DNA from: Mobula hypostoma | Lineage: Eukaryota | Assembly: GCF_963921235.1 (NCBI RefSeq) | Contig: NC_086101.1 | Span: 36,704,001-36,768,000 of the forward strand | Reading direction: 5' to 3' | Length of the DNA: 64,000 nucleotides | Shown: positions 38,348-51,226 of the stretch, piece by piece | Numbering within the stretch: position 1 is the stretch's first letter | Layout: each line of letters begins with the position of its first letter | Notes under the pieces: model-generated | What the model saw: only the letters and a program-made list of their open reading frames with translations | The model's database searches: none | What the model was told of the DNA's origin: nothing | Translations under genes and position numbers: made by a program

Positions 38348-40867
38348 TGACTGTGGCTGACAAGGGAAGTCAAGGACAGTATAAAAATAAAAGAGAAGTA
38401 TAAAATAGCAAAGATGAGCAGGAAGCCAGAAGATTGGGAAACTTTTAAAGAGCAACAGAGGATAACTAAAAAGGCAACACGGGGAGAAAAGATGAGATAC
38501 GAAGGCAAGCTAGCCAAGAATATAAAGGATAGTAAAAGCTTCTTTAGGTATGTGAAGAGGAAAAAATTAGTTAAGACCAAAGTTGGGCCCTTGAAGACAG
38601 AAACGGGTGAATTTATTATGGGGAACAAGGAAATGGCAGACGAGTTGAACAGGTACTTTGAATCTGTCTTCACTAGGGAAGACACAAACAATCTCTCAGA
38701 TGTAATAGTGGCCAGAGGACCTAGGGTAACGGAAGAACTGAAGGAGATTCACATTAGGCAGAAAATGGTGTTGGATAGACTGATGGGACAGAAGGCTGAT
38801 AAATTCCCAGGGCCTGATGGTCTGCATCCCAGAGTACTTAAGGAGGTGGCTCTAGAAATCGTGGACAAATTGCTAATTATTTTCCAATGTTCTATAGATT
38901 CAGGATCAGTTCCTGAGGACTGGAGGTTAGCTAGTGTTATCCCACTTTTTAAGAAAGGAGGGAGAGAGAAAACAGGGAATTATAGACCAGTTAGCCTGAC
39001 ATCAGTGGTGGGGAAGATGCTGGAGTCAATTATAAAGGATGAAATAGCAGCACCTTTGGATAGCAGTAACAGGATCGGTCCGAGTCAGCATGGATTTACA
39101 AAGGGGAAATCATGCTTGACTAATCTTCTGGAATTTTTTGAGGATGTAACTCTGAAAATGGACAAGGGAGAGCCAGTGGATGTAGTGTACCTGGACTTTC
39201 AGAAAGCCTTTGATAAGGTCCCACATAGGAGATTAGTGGGCAAAATTAGAGCACATGGTATTGGGGGTAGGGTACTGACATGGATAGAAAATTGGTTGGC
39301 AGACAGGAAACAAAGAGTAGGGATTAACGGGTCCCTTTCAGAATGGCAGGAGGTGACTAGTGGGGTATCGCAAGGCTCGGTGCTGGGACCACAGCTATTT
39401 ACAATATATATTAATGATTTAGATGAAGGGATTAAAAGTAACATTAGCAAATTCGCAGATGACACAAAGCTGGGTGGCAGTGTGAAATATGCGGAGGATG
39501 TTGAGATAATGCAGGATGACTTGGTGTCCTTGTTCATCAGTCACTGAAAGTAAGCATGCAAGTACAGCAGGCAGTGAAGAAAGCTAATGGCATGTTGGCC
39601 TTCATAACAAGGGGAATTGAGTATAGGAGCAAAGAGGTCCTTCTGAAGTTGTGCAGGGCCCTGGTGAGACCACACCTGGAGTATTGTGTACAGTTTTGGT
39701 CTCCAAATTTGAGGAAGGACATTCTTGCTATTGAGGGAGTGCAGCGGAGGTTCATGAGGTTAATTCCCGGGATGGCGGGACTGTCCTATGTTGAAAGATT
39801 GGAGCAACTGGGCTTGTATACAATGGAATTTAGAAGGATGAGAGGGGATCTGATTGAAACATATAAGATTATTAAGGGATTGGACATGCTAGAGGCAGAA
39901 AACATGCTCCCAATGTTGGGGGAGTCCAGAACCAGAGGCCACAATTTGAGAATAAGGGGTAGGCCATTTAGAATGGAGTTGAGGAAAACTTTTTCACCCA
40001 GAGTTGTGGATCTGTGGAATGCTCTGCCTCAGAAGGCAGTGGAGGCCAATTCTCTGGATGCTTTCAAGAAAGAGATGGATAGAGCTCTTAATGATAGCGG
40101 AGTCAAGGGATATGGGGAGAAGGCAGGAAAAGGGTACTGATTGTGGATGATCAGCCATGATCACAGTGAATGGCGGTGCTGGCTCGAGGGGCCGAATGCA
40201 CCTATTGTCTATTGTCTAAACCTGTCATCACAGTTGGAAAGGAAGTGGGTAGAAGCCAGGAGAAAATGGTGAGTGGAGGGATGGAGAGGTGCAGAGGGCG
40301 GGATGGTGTATGAGTTGGTGCATGTTAGGTCAATGCAGCTGAGAAGGCAAGATGGGTTGGGAGGGGGTGGGGAAGTGGGATTGATGTGAGAAGCTGGGAG
40401 AGGCAAAGGGCTGAATAAAACAGAATCTGATAGGAATGGGCAGCAGAACATGGAGGTGGCAAACCAGAGGGAGGAAGGTGTGGGCGATGGGCAGGTATGA
40501 GGATGGGGGAGAGGAGAAAGAAAGAGTAATGAAGCCAGAGGGATAAGGGGGAAACAAAAGGGAGGGGGGTGTGGGGAATCGGGAACAGAGGGCAGTAGTT
40601 ATCGGCAATGCCGTCATACTGTCTTGACTCCCATGAGGTGCTGTTCCTGTAACATGTGTCTAGCCTCAACTTGGCCGTAGAGGAGGCCATGGACACACAT
40701 GTTGGTGTGGGGTTGGGAAGTGTAATTAAAACAGCTGGCCACCAGGAGATTCTGGCTGCTATGGTGTACGGACCAAAGATGCTTGTAGGTGTTCCTCTCA
40801 CATTTTCTATGTAAGGTTTCAGATTTCCAGCATCTGTAGTCTTTCTTGCAGAATGCCAAACCAGTTA

Positions 40868-42504
40868 CAGTGCCCAGAAAAAGTAATCACCCCCTCCCCA
40901 CTTGGAAGTTTTCATGTTTTGTTGCTTTACAACATTGAACCACAGTGGATTTAATTTGGGCTTTTTTTTTGACACGGATCCAACAGAAAAAGACTCTTTC
41001 ATGTCAAAGTGATGTGAATTAATTACAAATATAAAACACAAAATAACTGATTAACTGATTGCATAGGTATTCACCCCTTTAATATGACACACCAAATCAC
41101 CACTGGTGCAGCCAGTAGGTTTTAGAAGTCACAGAATTAGTTAAATGGAGATCTGTTTTTGGAGACCTGTGTGCAGTCAAGGTGTTTCAACTGATTGCAG
41201 TTAAAATACACCTGTATCTGGAAGGTTCAACTGCTGGTGAGTCAGTATCTTGGCAAAAACTACACCATGAAGACAAAAGAACATTCTAAATAACTCTGTG
41301 AAAAGGTTATTGAAAAGCATAAGTCAGGAGATGAATACAAGAACATTTCCAAGTCACCGAATATCCCTTGGAGTGTAGTTATGTCAAACATCAAGAAATG
41401 GAAAGAATATGGCATAACTGTAAATATGCCTTGAGTAGGCAATTCTCAAAATCTGAGTGACTGTGCAAGAAGGGGACGTGTAAGGGAAGCCACCAAGAGA
41501 CTGATGACAACTCTAGAGGAGTTACAAGCTTCAGTGGCTGAGACGGGAGAGACTGCGCATATAACAACTCAACAACTGTTGCCCAGGTGCTTCACCAGTC
41601 ACAGCTTTATGGGAGAGTGGCAAAGAGAAAGCCACTGTTGGAAAAAACTCACTTGAAATCTCAGCTAGAGTTTGTCAGAAGGCATGTGTGAGACTCCGAA
41701 GTCAGCTGGAAGGAAGTTCTATGGTCTGATGAAACCAAATTTGAGCTTTTTGGTCATCAAACACTATGTTTGGCATAAGCCAAACACCACACATCATCAA
41801 AAACACACCATCCCTACCGTGAAGCATGGTGGTGGCTGCATCATGCTGTGGGGATGCTTCATGCAGCAGGCCCTGGAAAGCTTGTGAAGGTAGAGGGTAA
41901 AATGAACTCAGCAAACTACAGGGAAATCCTTGAGGAAAACCTGATGCAGCCTGCAAGAGAACTGCGACTTGGGAGAGGATTTGTTTTCCAGCAAGATAAT
42001 AACCCCAAGCATAAAGCCAAATCTACACAGGAATGGCTTAAAAACAACAAAGTTAACGCCCTGGAGTGGCCAAGTCAGAGTCCAGACCTCATTCCAATTT
42101 AAAATTTGTGGCTGATCTTGAAAAGGGCTGTTCACTCATAATCCCCATGCAATCTGACAGGTTGAGCAGTTTTGTAAAGAAGAATGGGGAAAAGTTGCAG
42201 TGTCCAGATGAGCAAAGCTGATAGAGACCTAGCCACACAGACTCAAGGCTGTAATTGCTGCCAAAAGTGCATCTACTAAATACTGACTTGAAGGGGGTGA
42301 GTAATTATGCAATCATTTATTTTGTGTTTAATAATTGTAATACAATTAGATCAAATTGTTGAAATTTGTTTTCATTTTGAAAGACAGAGACTTTTCAGTT
42401 GATCAGTGTCAAAAAGTCAAATGAAATCCACTGTGATTCAATGTTGTAAATCAGTAAAACATAAAAACTTCCGGGGGGGGGGTGAATACTTTTGATAGAC
42501 ACTG
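40868..42504 (+). mobile_element. Full-length Tc1/mariner DNA transposon with long IR/DR-type TIRs, inactive
   Basis: TA-CAGTG…CACTG-TA ends, with ~215-bp imperfect TIRs each carrying two copies of a gta(a/t)tcacccc-like motif. Confidence 0.95.
41267..42286 (+). pseudogene. Tc1 transposase (DDE) pseudogene
   Basis: Starts MKTKEHSK; contains [29 protein letters not shown] and WPSQSPDLIPI*NLW. The catalytic Glu codon is a stop, and there are further stops and frameshifts. Confidence 0.93.
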
Positions 42505-43119
42505 TATATATATTTGTGCCTAAGACTTTTGCACAGTACTGTCTATCTTCCTGGTTTGCATTGTGTACTGCTCAGATGCAAACGTACACTGAAATTGTTG
42601 CATCTGGTTAAGTCTAATAAAGGTGGACTCTGACTTAACTGTAAATCAGATGATGTGTGACATAGTGGCTTTAGTACATTTGATGTCGGTGATCTTTTAA
42701 AAGTAAACTATTCACTACATTTAGTCACATTCCATGCACCCACCAACCTTCAGTAGTGTACGATTTAGGGCTTAGTCTTTCTAGAAATGAATGAGGTTCT
42801 CACAGTTTCGGACAATCTTTGCAGCCCTGCAGCAGTGTGGGCATCTGCGGAGGTACATCTGCAAAGTGTGGTGTGCTGTGGCGCTCTTGCTGTGGCTCTG
42901 AAGCTGTTCGCAGATGAAATTAGCGATGTCACCTCTGTTTTGGGATTTACAAGTTACCTTCTCTGTTGTTGCTGTTGTCCTTTTCGCTCCTTTGTGGCAC
43001 ATTGTACGGCACTTTTGCCATTTCCTTCATATTTGTCTGTTTTTTTTTTAAGGAGGCCGAGTTGCTAGCTCGACGTTCAACCCCGCACCGATGGAGAGGG
43101 TGCAAGGAGCCAGCTGGAG

Positions 43120-43200
43120 TCACTCACACACACAGGAAAACACTTGCACAGACACACCCAAACACAGGCACACACAAACAAACTCTGAAAAATACAAACC

Positions 43201-43240
<40 letters not shown>

Positions 43241-43312
43241 GGAAGACAGACAGACACAGGTACACAGAGAGACAAACAAACAGGTGTACAGGCAGGTACA
43301 CACACACACATG
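43120..43312. repeat. (CA)n microsatellite with CA-rich degenerate flanks
   Basis: Pure run at 43202-43237. Confidence 0.95.
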
Positions 43313-43373
43313 GTTTTGGGTGTATCCCCAGCTTAGTACTTGGGTTTCAAGCTTGCTTGTCACAGCACTTAGC

Positions 43374-44207
43374 ATGACCTGGACAGGCTGGGTGAGTGGG
43401 CGGATGTACGGGCAGATGCCGCTTTGGTGGTAAGAACAGGAAGGCAGATTATTATCTAAGTGGCATCAAGTTAGGAAAAGGGGAAGTACAACAAGATCTA
43501 GGTGTTCTTGTACATCAGTCACTGAAAGCAAGCACGTAGGTACAGCAGGCAGTGAAGAAAGCTAATGGCATGCTGGCCTTCATAACAAGGGGAATTGAGT
43601 ATAAGAGCAAAGAGGTCCTTCTGCAGCTGTACAGGGCACTGGTGAGATCACACCTGGAGTATTGTGTGCAGTTTTGGTCTCCAAATTTGAGGAAGGACAT
43701 TCTTGCTATTGAGGGAGTACAGTGTAGGTTCACAAGGTTAATTCCCAGTATGGCGGGACTGTCATATGTTGAAAGATTGGAGCGACTGGGCTTGTATACA
43801 CTGGGATTTAGAAGGACGAGAGGGGATCTGATTGAAACATATAAGATTATTAAGGGATTGGACACGCTGGAGGCAGGAAGCATGTTCCCGCTGATGGGTG
43901 AGTCCAGAACCAGAGGCCACAGTTTAAGAATAAAGGGTAGGCCATTTAGAACGGAGTTGAGGAAAAACTTTTTCACCCAGAGAGTGGTGGATATGTGGAA
44001 TGCTCTGCCCCAGAAGGTCGTGGAGGCCAAGTCTCTGGATGCTTTCAAGAAAGAGGTGGATAGAGCTCTTAAACATAGCGGAATCAAAGGTTATGGGGAT
44101 AAGGCAGGAACTGGATACTGATTGTGGATGATCGGCCATGATCACAGTGAATGGCGGTGCTGGCTCGAAGGGCTGAATGGCCTACGCCTGCACCTATTAT
44201 CTATTGA
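43374..44207 (+). mobile_element. CR1 LINE 3' fragment, same family as 36051-40218
   Basis: ORF 43552..44121 is nearly identical to the C-terminus of 36518..38257; same tail. Confidence 0.93.
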
Positions 44208-44524
44208 CCTTCTTCTGCAATCATGGCACTGGGACAGACCCCTTGTTGGTCTGAAACAGCAGTGAGGGGAGTACCAAGGCCTCAGGTTACAGACTCCGCT
44301 CATTGCTCAGTTCTGTTGCTGCTGTTTCTTTTGAAAAGTGGAAAGGGGTGGAGTGGTAGAGGGGGTTTCAGGGGATGGTCATCAGTGGAGTGACTTCCTC
44401 TCATTTCTTTAGAACACAGGAGGCCATTCTGCCCTTTAGTCATTACCAGCCCTCAGAGTCACTCCTCACTTATTTCTCTGAGACATTTCTCCCTCACGTT
44501 CCCATCGACTTACCTCTCAATTCA

Positions 44525-44692
44525 TAAACACAAGAGACTCTGCAGATACTGAAATCCTGAGCAACACACACAAAATGCTGGAGGAGCTCAGCCAGCCAAG
44601 CAGCATCTATGGAGGGGAATAAATAGTCGGCGTTTTGGGCCAAGACCTTCAATCAGGACTGATGAAGGGTCTCAGCCCAAGACATCGATTAA
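44525..44692. mobile_element. Degenerate PLE pLTR foldback
   Basis: Inverted pLTR joined to CTGATGAagggtctcagcccaagacatcgat. Confidence 0.7.
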
Positions 44693-44709
44693 CCCCTCAA
44701 TTTCCTACC

Positions 44710-44890
44710 ACTCACCTACACTCTCTGGGGATTTTACAGTGGCCAATTATCCCAATAAATCTCACGTCTTTGGAATATGGGAGGGAACCAGAGCATCTGG
44801 GAGTAACAGGAAGATCGTGCAAACTCCACACAGACAACATCTGAGGTTGGGATTGAAGCAGGGTGTCTGGCGCTATCTGCCACACCACCC
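44710..44890 (-). mobile_element. V-SINE-like remnant; related plus-strand copy at about 48975-49170
   Basis: tgcaaactccacacagaca…gggattgaa is the reverse of the V-SINE body tgtctgtgtggagtttgca. Confidence 0.65.
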
Positions 44891-45449
44891 TGAATTATGG
44901 TGAACATCAAGTTGCACCGAAGAGTGAGAAGTAAGAAGTGAAATGGGCGGTGCTGCCTGATTAAAGGACAATGTAGGTCAGAGAGCAAAGGAGGTTGGAA
45001 GAACAAAACCTGCTGCATGTTAGTAAAAGTACAGCAACCATCAACATAATGCAGAGACGGAGATAAGGATCTCTCAGAAGTTGATGCAGCTACTGCTTGC
45101 AAAATTTGGAACTATTTTATATACAGCAACCTACGCAACTGGAAGCCAAATTGTCTCTGGATTGCAGGGTGCAGGTTTAGATCAATGGGCAGAACACTTC
45201 TCAGATCACTTTTTGGATGTTTCAAAGAACTTCAAAGACAACTAAATGCTTTTGAAGACAAGTTTCTGTTGTAATGGAGGAAATGTGGCAGCCATTTTGT
45301 GAACAACATTTTCTCGCAGACAGCAATGTGATCAGGCCAGGGCGTGCTGGTTGAAGAAGATGACAGGGCCGGCTTCTCTGAACTCTTGGAGATATTGTTT
45401 TTGGTGGGGGGGCTTTTATGTTGAAGATAATGGACATGAGACGGCATCT

Positions 45450-46242
45450 CTGACAATTCACAACTTGGAGGAGCCACCGCACAGGATCGGAGAAAGCTGC
45501 AAAGGGTTGCAAACCCATCCAGTTCCACCATGGGCACCAGCCCCCCCAACCATCAAGGGCACCTTCAAAAGGCGATGCCTCAGAGAGACGGCAATAATTG
45601 TAAAGGGCCCCCATCACCCTGGACATGCTCTCTTCTTATTACTACCATCAGTGAGGAGGTACAGGAGCCTGAAGAGACACACGTAATGTTTTAGGAACAA
45701 CTTCTTCCTCTCTGCCATCAGATTTCAGAAGGCACAATGAACCAACCCTTGAATATTACCTCACTACTTTTGCTCTCATTTGGCATTACTTAAATTACTT
45801 TAAATGTAACTATTTATTTACTATTGTAATTTAAAGCACTATTATGTATGGCACTGAGCTGCTGTCACAAAATGACAAACTTCACGACAGAAGTAAAGTA
45901 AAGGCATCCGTTAGTCTTGCGAGACCTTGGATCTGCGCCTGGAAAGTCTTCACTCTCCAGGGCGCAGGCTTGGGCAAGGTTGTATGGAAGACCAGCAGTT
46001 GCCCATGCTGCAAGTCTCCCCTCTCCATGACACCAATGTTGTCCGAGGGAAGGGCATTAGGACCCATACAGCTTGGCACCAGTGTCGTCGCAGAGCAATG
46101 TGTGGTTAAGTGCCTTGCTCAAGGACACAACACATTGCCTCGGCTGGGGCTCAAACTCACGACCTTCAGGTCGCTAGTCCAATGCCTTAACCACTTGGTC
46201 ACGTGCCCACATACGTCAGTGATATTAAACCTGATTCTGAAC
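45450..46242 (+). mobile_element. Rex1/Babar 3' end interrupted by a SINE
   Basis: HPGHALFLLLPSVRRYRSL; the tail resumes after 46211. Confidence 0.8.
45899..46211 (-). mobile_element. tRNA/CORE-like SINE, second copy
   Basis: Collinear with and highly similar to 14915-15224. Confidence 0.88.
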
Positions 46243-49200
46243 TCGGAGTGTTGCAATGGAGTATCAGTTTAGCACTTGGTGTTCAATGCAATAGATGGGC
46301 TTCTGAGCCTGCCTTACCTCTTGTCCAGAGACAAGACAGTGGTCCAATAAGTTGCAGCCCAGGATATAGTGCATGGCATTCTGCCACCTTAGATTTAAAC
46401 CTCTCTTCCTTACTTTAAGGGGCAACTAGAAGGGAAGCAGAGAGGTGGGGTAGGGAGAAAGGGAATTTCAATACTGTCCTGAAGAAGAGCCTTGGCCCAA
46501 AACGTCGACTGTTTATTCTTTTCCATAGATGCTGCCATTCCTGCTGAGTTCCTTCAGCATTTTGTCTGTGCTGCTTTAGATTTCCAGTATCTTCAGAATT
46601 TCTTGTGTTCAATACTTGCGTAGGTCCCAGGTCACTGAAGGTACGGACACCACCAGGGCAGGGATTCAAATTAGACGTCCCAACGGGCCGGAGGTCGAAG
46701 AGGGCAGAGACCTTGGACTTGTACGTGGAATGAAAGTCAGTTAAAAGGGATCAACAATGCAGTAAGTATCATGAGAGGCATTTCACTTCTGCTTTGCAAG
46801 AGCTTTCTAGTCCAGAGACCTTGCCTCCTTTGTCACTGACAGAAACTCCCAAACAGTAATCCAATATTTTGAGCAAAAGGAATAAAAACACAAGCAAGGT
46901 TCTGAATCCAAATGATGCAGGGTGTGTTGTCACTGACTGCCGTTGAACAATCCCCTAGTATGATAAAATGGACACATGACTTCACAATTAACCTCGTTAT
47001 GACCTTGTACCTTCATGTCTACCTGGACTGCACGTTCTCTGCGGCTGCTTCACTTTATTCTCTATTGTTTCTCTTTGTTCTACCTCAATGCATTATGTCA
47101 TGATCTGATCTGCATCAACAGTACACAAGGCAAGTTTTTTTACTACACCATGGTTACATGTGACAATAATAAACCAATTTACCAATTAATTTTACTAGTG
47201 AGGCTGGATTGGGGTTAAACATAGTTAACGACACTAGGTTTAGCCCCCCTGTTTACCCTAGAGATAACGAAATGCAATCTATTTAATCTCCATGAGGAAG
47301 GAGGCAAAACTAAAATCTGGTGTCTTCCCTGGAAGACGTTGCCCTTTTCATGGTAGCAGTGCCTCCATGCTGTGATGGGACTGTCAGCCTGGTCTCTACA
47401 GGACTCACAACCTCATCTGGACTCAAGCCACTTTCATTCCACCAGGAAACATTTCTTTTTCAGATTTGACAAAGAAAACAAAGTTGTACTTGAGTGAAGG
47501 AGGTTGAGACACAGAATACAGATTGTGCAGGAAATACTCATTAATTCAGGAGGATCTGTTGGTAAGAAGACCAGCGGGTGTTGCAAACACTCAGCAGGTC
47601 AGGCAGCATCTGTGGAGGGATAAACACAGGTAACATTTTAGGTTAATGATCCTTAAATCTGTTTGACTTTCCTTAGACGTTGCCTGGCATGCTCACCCTA
47701 TAACCATCAGGAAAGCAGAGAATGGGTGGTGGGGAGAAGGGAAAGATGTTCTTAGTGGATGGATCCCATTGTAGATGGCAGAAGTTATGGAGGCTTGTGG
47801 AGTGATAGGTAAGGACAAGGGAAACCCTCTCCCTGTTATGGAAGTGAGATAATGGGCTGAGGGTGGATGTGTGGCAAATGGAGAAAATGTGGGTGAGGGC
47901 AGCATTGATGGCAGTGGAAGAGAAAATCCATTCTTTGAAGGACAAAGGCAGCAAACGCACGACGAACACCACTCCTTGGTAGATGCCCTCCAAAGCACAT
48001 GCCATCCTGACTTGGAAATACTTCACCATTCCTGGCTCAAAATCCTGAAACTCCCTCTCTAAAACCTCATATACCCCACATCTCAAGGACTGCAGCTGTC
48101 CCAAAAGGCGATTCCCTGTCACCTTCTCAAGGGCAAATGGAGATGGGGCAATTAAGTGCCACCTCGCCCTAGGAAAGCACACGTCCCTAGAAAGAATTTT
48201 AAAAATATGTGCTTGCTGAATCCTTAACCCCAAACTAAGTCCGGTGTACAGCAAAGGAGAAATTCAAAGGAGGAAGTGTAGGTTCTCTGACTCTATCTCC
48301 AAACCATCTGCACACATTTTTGCAACCTTTTGAATTTTTGAAATTTTTGAAGAGTTAGTCACGTGTTACTAAGGTGACAACCTTAGAGTAATAACCACGA
48401 TTGCCTATGGTACGTCATTAACATTTACCCTGGTGTTAAAAGACTGCTGGCTCAGCTGACTGGCAGAGATTCCCCTCTGGTGAGTGCAAAAAGTAATGAT
48501 CACACAAATGCACTAACTTTCCAAACGGACAGAAAGGTCGGTGAGAAACAAGCAATGGACTGACCCGTAGCTCCACTGAACCATCAGGGTGAAGGGCTGT
48601 CACATGTTGTCACAAAATTGTAAAACTTGGTACCACCAGCGAGGTCAGCCACGTCTACGTTCCCTCTTCTCGTTACTACCTTCGGGGTGGAGACTGGGAG
48701 CCTGAGGACCCACACTCAACAATTCAGCTTCTTTCCCTATGCCATCAGATTTCTGAATGGTCCATGAATCCACCTGCATGATCCTGCATATCAGAGTTCT
48801 CTTTTGGAACTAGTTGACGATCAGTATTTCTGATCTGGCTATTGTTCACCATTGCACCTAATGAAAATAAACAATATACAGTACTGTGTAATAATGATAA
48901 ACCTGATTCTGATTGGGAAAGAAGATCCCATTTCTTGTTCAGAAAAACGTTCTTCAAATGCAAGTCAGCAAGATAGCATAATGTTATATTACAGTGCGAG
49001 TTGTAAGATTGGGGTTTGATTCTCGCCCTTGTCTGTAGGGAGTTTCCACTGTATGTCCTCCCCCCAGTCATGCGGTTTTCTGTCCACATTCCAAAGACAT
49101 ACGGGTTAGGGTTAGTGAGTTGTGGGTATGCTTTGTTGGTGCTGGAAAACGTGGCAACACTTGTGGCACTCTTTGCTCTTACCGACAAAGCTCATTCAGT

Positions 49201-49349
49201 GCGAGATTGCTTCCACCCAGGGAAATGACATCACCCTGAGAAGCATCACGTTCAGGACAGGACTGTACAAACAGCTTGCATCTCTTCATCTTAACAACCC
49301 CTGAATATTTAATATCAGGTCATCTCAATGGTTATGCTATCATATTTCC

Positions 49350-50020
49350 CTGAAGGTGGAATCTCATGTGGATAGGGTGGTGAAGAAAGCTTTTGGCATG
49401 CTGGCCTTTATAAATCAAATCATTGAGTATAGGAGTTGAGATGTAATGTTGAAATTGTATAAGGCATTGGTAAGGCCAAATTTTCAGAATTGTGTACAGT
49501 TCTGGTCACCGAATTATAGTAAAGATGTGAATAAAATTGAGAGAGTACAGAGGAGGTTTACTAAAATGTTGCCTGGGTTTCATCTCCTAAGTTACAGAGA
49601 AAGGTTGAACAAGTTGGGTCTTTATTCTTCAGAGTGTAGAAGGTTGAGGGGATAGAGGTGTTTAAAATTATGACGGGGATTAATAGAGTTGACGTGGATA
49701 GGCTTTTTCCATTGAGAGTAGGGGAGATTCAAACAAGAGGACATGAGTTGAGAGTTAAAGGGCAAAAGTTTAGGGGTAACATGAGGGGGAACTTCTTTAC
49801 TCAGAGAGTGGTAGCTGTATGGAACGAGTTCCAGCAGAAGTGGTTGAGGCAGGTTCGATCTTGTCGTTTAAAGTTAAATTGGATAGATATATGGACAGGA
49901 AAGGAATGGAGGGTTATGGGCTGAGTGCAGGTTGGTGGGACTAGGTGAGAGTAAGAGTTCGGCATGGACTAGAAGGGCTGAGATGGCCTGTTTCCGTGCT
50001 GTAATTGTTATATGCTTATA
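49350..50020 (+). mobile_element. CR1 LINE 3' fragment
   Basis: LYKALVRP…CVQFWSP…TRGHELRV…FFTQRVV. Confidence 0.9.
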
Positions 50021-50996
50021 TCATCCTATTTCTGTAACCCAGTGGGATGGTTGAAGGAGTGCTTACCTTCTGGAAGAGCCATTTGTCAGATAGAACATTA
50101 AACCAAGGTTCTGGTGAATGTAAGCGATCAGCTGGAGTTTTCTTAGGTGGCCTGGATAATGTTTAACTTATATCCAACATCAAATAAGAACCACACCTAC
50201 ATTTTTAATCACGTTATTTGTGATATCTTGAGTGAGAAAACTGCTCTCAATGAGTGAGAGAACTGCTCTCAATGGGTCAGGCAGCATCCATGTTAGCAGA
50301 GGGAAGGGCAGGTGACATTACTGATCAAAACACCTTCATTAGGAATGACTCTCAGTCCAAATAAAGGTTCTCAGCCCAGAGCATCAGCTGTCCACTTTCC
50401 CCCAAAGATGCCGCTTGACCTGCCGATCTCCTCCAGCAGTTTATTATTTTATTGCTCCTGATCCCAGCATCTTGCGTCTCCATTTTTGTACATGGGATCT
50501 TGCTGTGTGCAAGCTGTGCCCCATGTTTCCTGCACTAGAGCAGTTTTGAACTGTGTCATTGGCTGTAAGACACTCCATGTTTTACACTTTCCTACAGGCG
50601 TACCATGCAGCGTATTCTGCCTGGTATGGAGGCACCAGTCCGTACCACGGGAACACAAGAAGCTGCAGACGGTTGTTGACTCACTCAGCTCCATCACAGG
50701 CACAACCCTCCCCCTCCACCCCCCACCATCAAGAACATCCTCAAGAGGTAATGCCTCAAGAAGACAGCATCCATCATTGAAGACCCTCACCATCTCTCCT
50801 TATCACTCCCATCAGGGATGAGGTATAGGAGCCTGAAGACCCACACTCACTCTTTCAGGAAACAGCTTCTTCCCCTCTGCCGTCAGATTTCTGAACATTT
50901 TGCGAACGCGTAAACACTGCCTCGTTATTCATCTTTTGCACTATTTATTTTCTACTGTAATTTATAGCAAAGTTTAAAAGTCTTACTTGGATTCTG

Positions 50997-51226
50997 TAAG
51001 ACCATAAGACAAAGGAGCAGAAGTCGGCCATTCGGCCCATCGAGTCTGCTCCGCCATTTTATCATGAGCTGATCCATTCTCCCATTTAGTCCCACTCCCC
51101 CGCCTTCTCACCGTAACCTTTGATGCCCTGGCTACTCAGATACCTATCAATCTCTGCCTTAAATACACCCAATGACTTGGCCTCCACTGCTGCCTGTGGC
51201 AACAAATTCCATAGATTCACCACCCC
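50997..51226 (-). mobile_element. CR1 LINE 3' end, back-to-back with the long CR1
   Basis: Reverse complement of 18421-18673. Confidence 0.9.

Larger units (their letters stand above)
36051..40218 (+). mobile_element. CR1 LINE host copy (36051-36468 plus 38354-40218), 5'-truncated, with an internal deletion near 39523
   Basis: APE C-terminus (PTREKAILDLVL…GSDH), RT (YLDFQKAFD, KFADDTK), C-terminal domain and a (ctattgt)n tail. Confidence 0.92.
35968..40795 (-). mobile_element. Old PLE split by CR1 insertions (pieces 35968-36050 and 40219-40795)
   Basis: The pLTR stops at tttcaggccgaaccc and resumes at aacctgtcatcac. A degenerate endonuclease C-terminus lies at 40600-40790. Confidence 0.7.

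Noticed and set aside
42781-43002. Possible minus-strand exon (…RRCPHCCRAAK…) with AG/GT borders
   Set aside because: Weak acceptor, no recognisable homology and no partner exons found.
49103-49115. Telomere-like gggttagggttag
   Set aside because: Only about two units, inside a V-SINE-like element.
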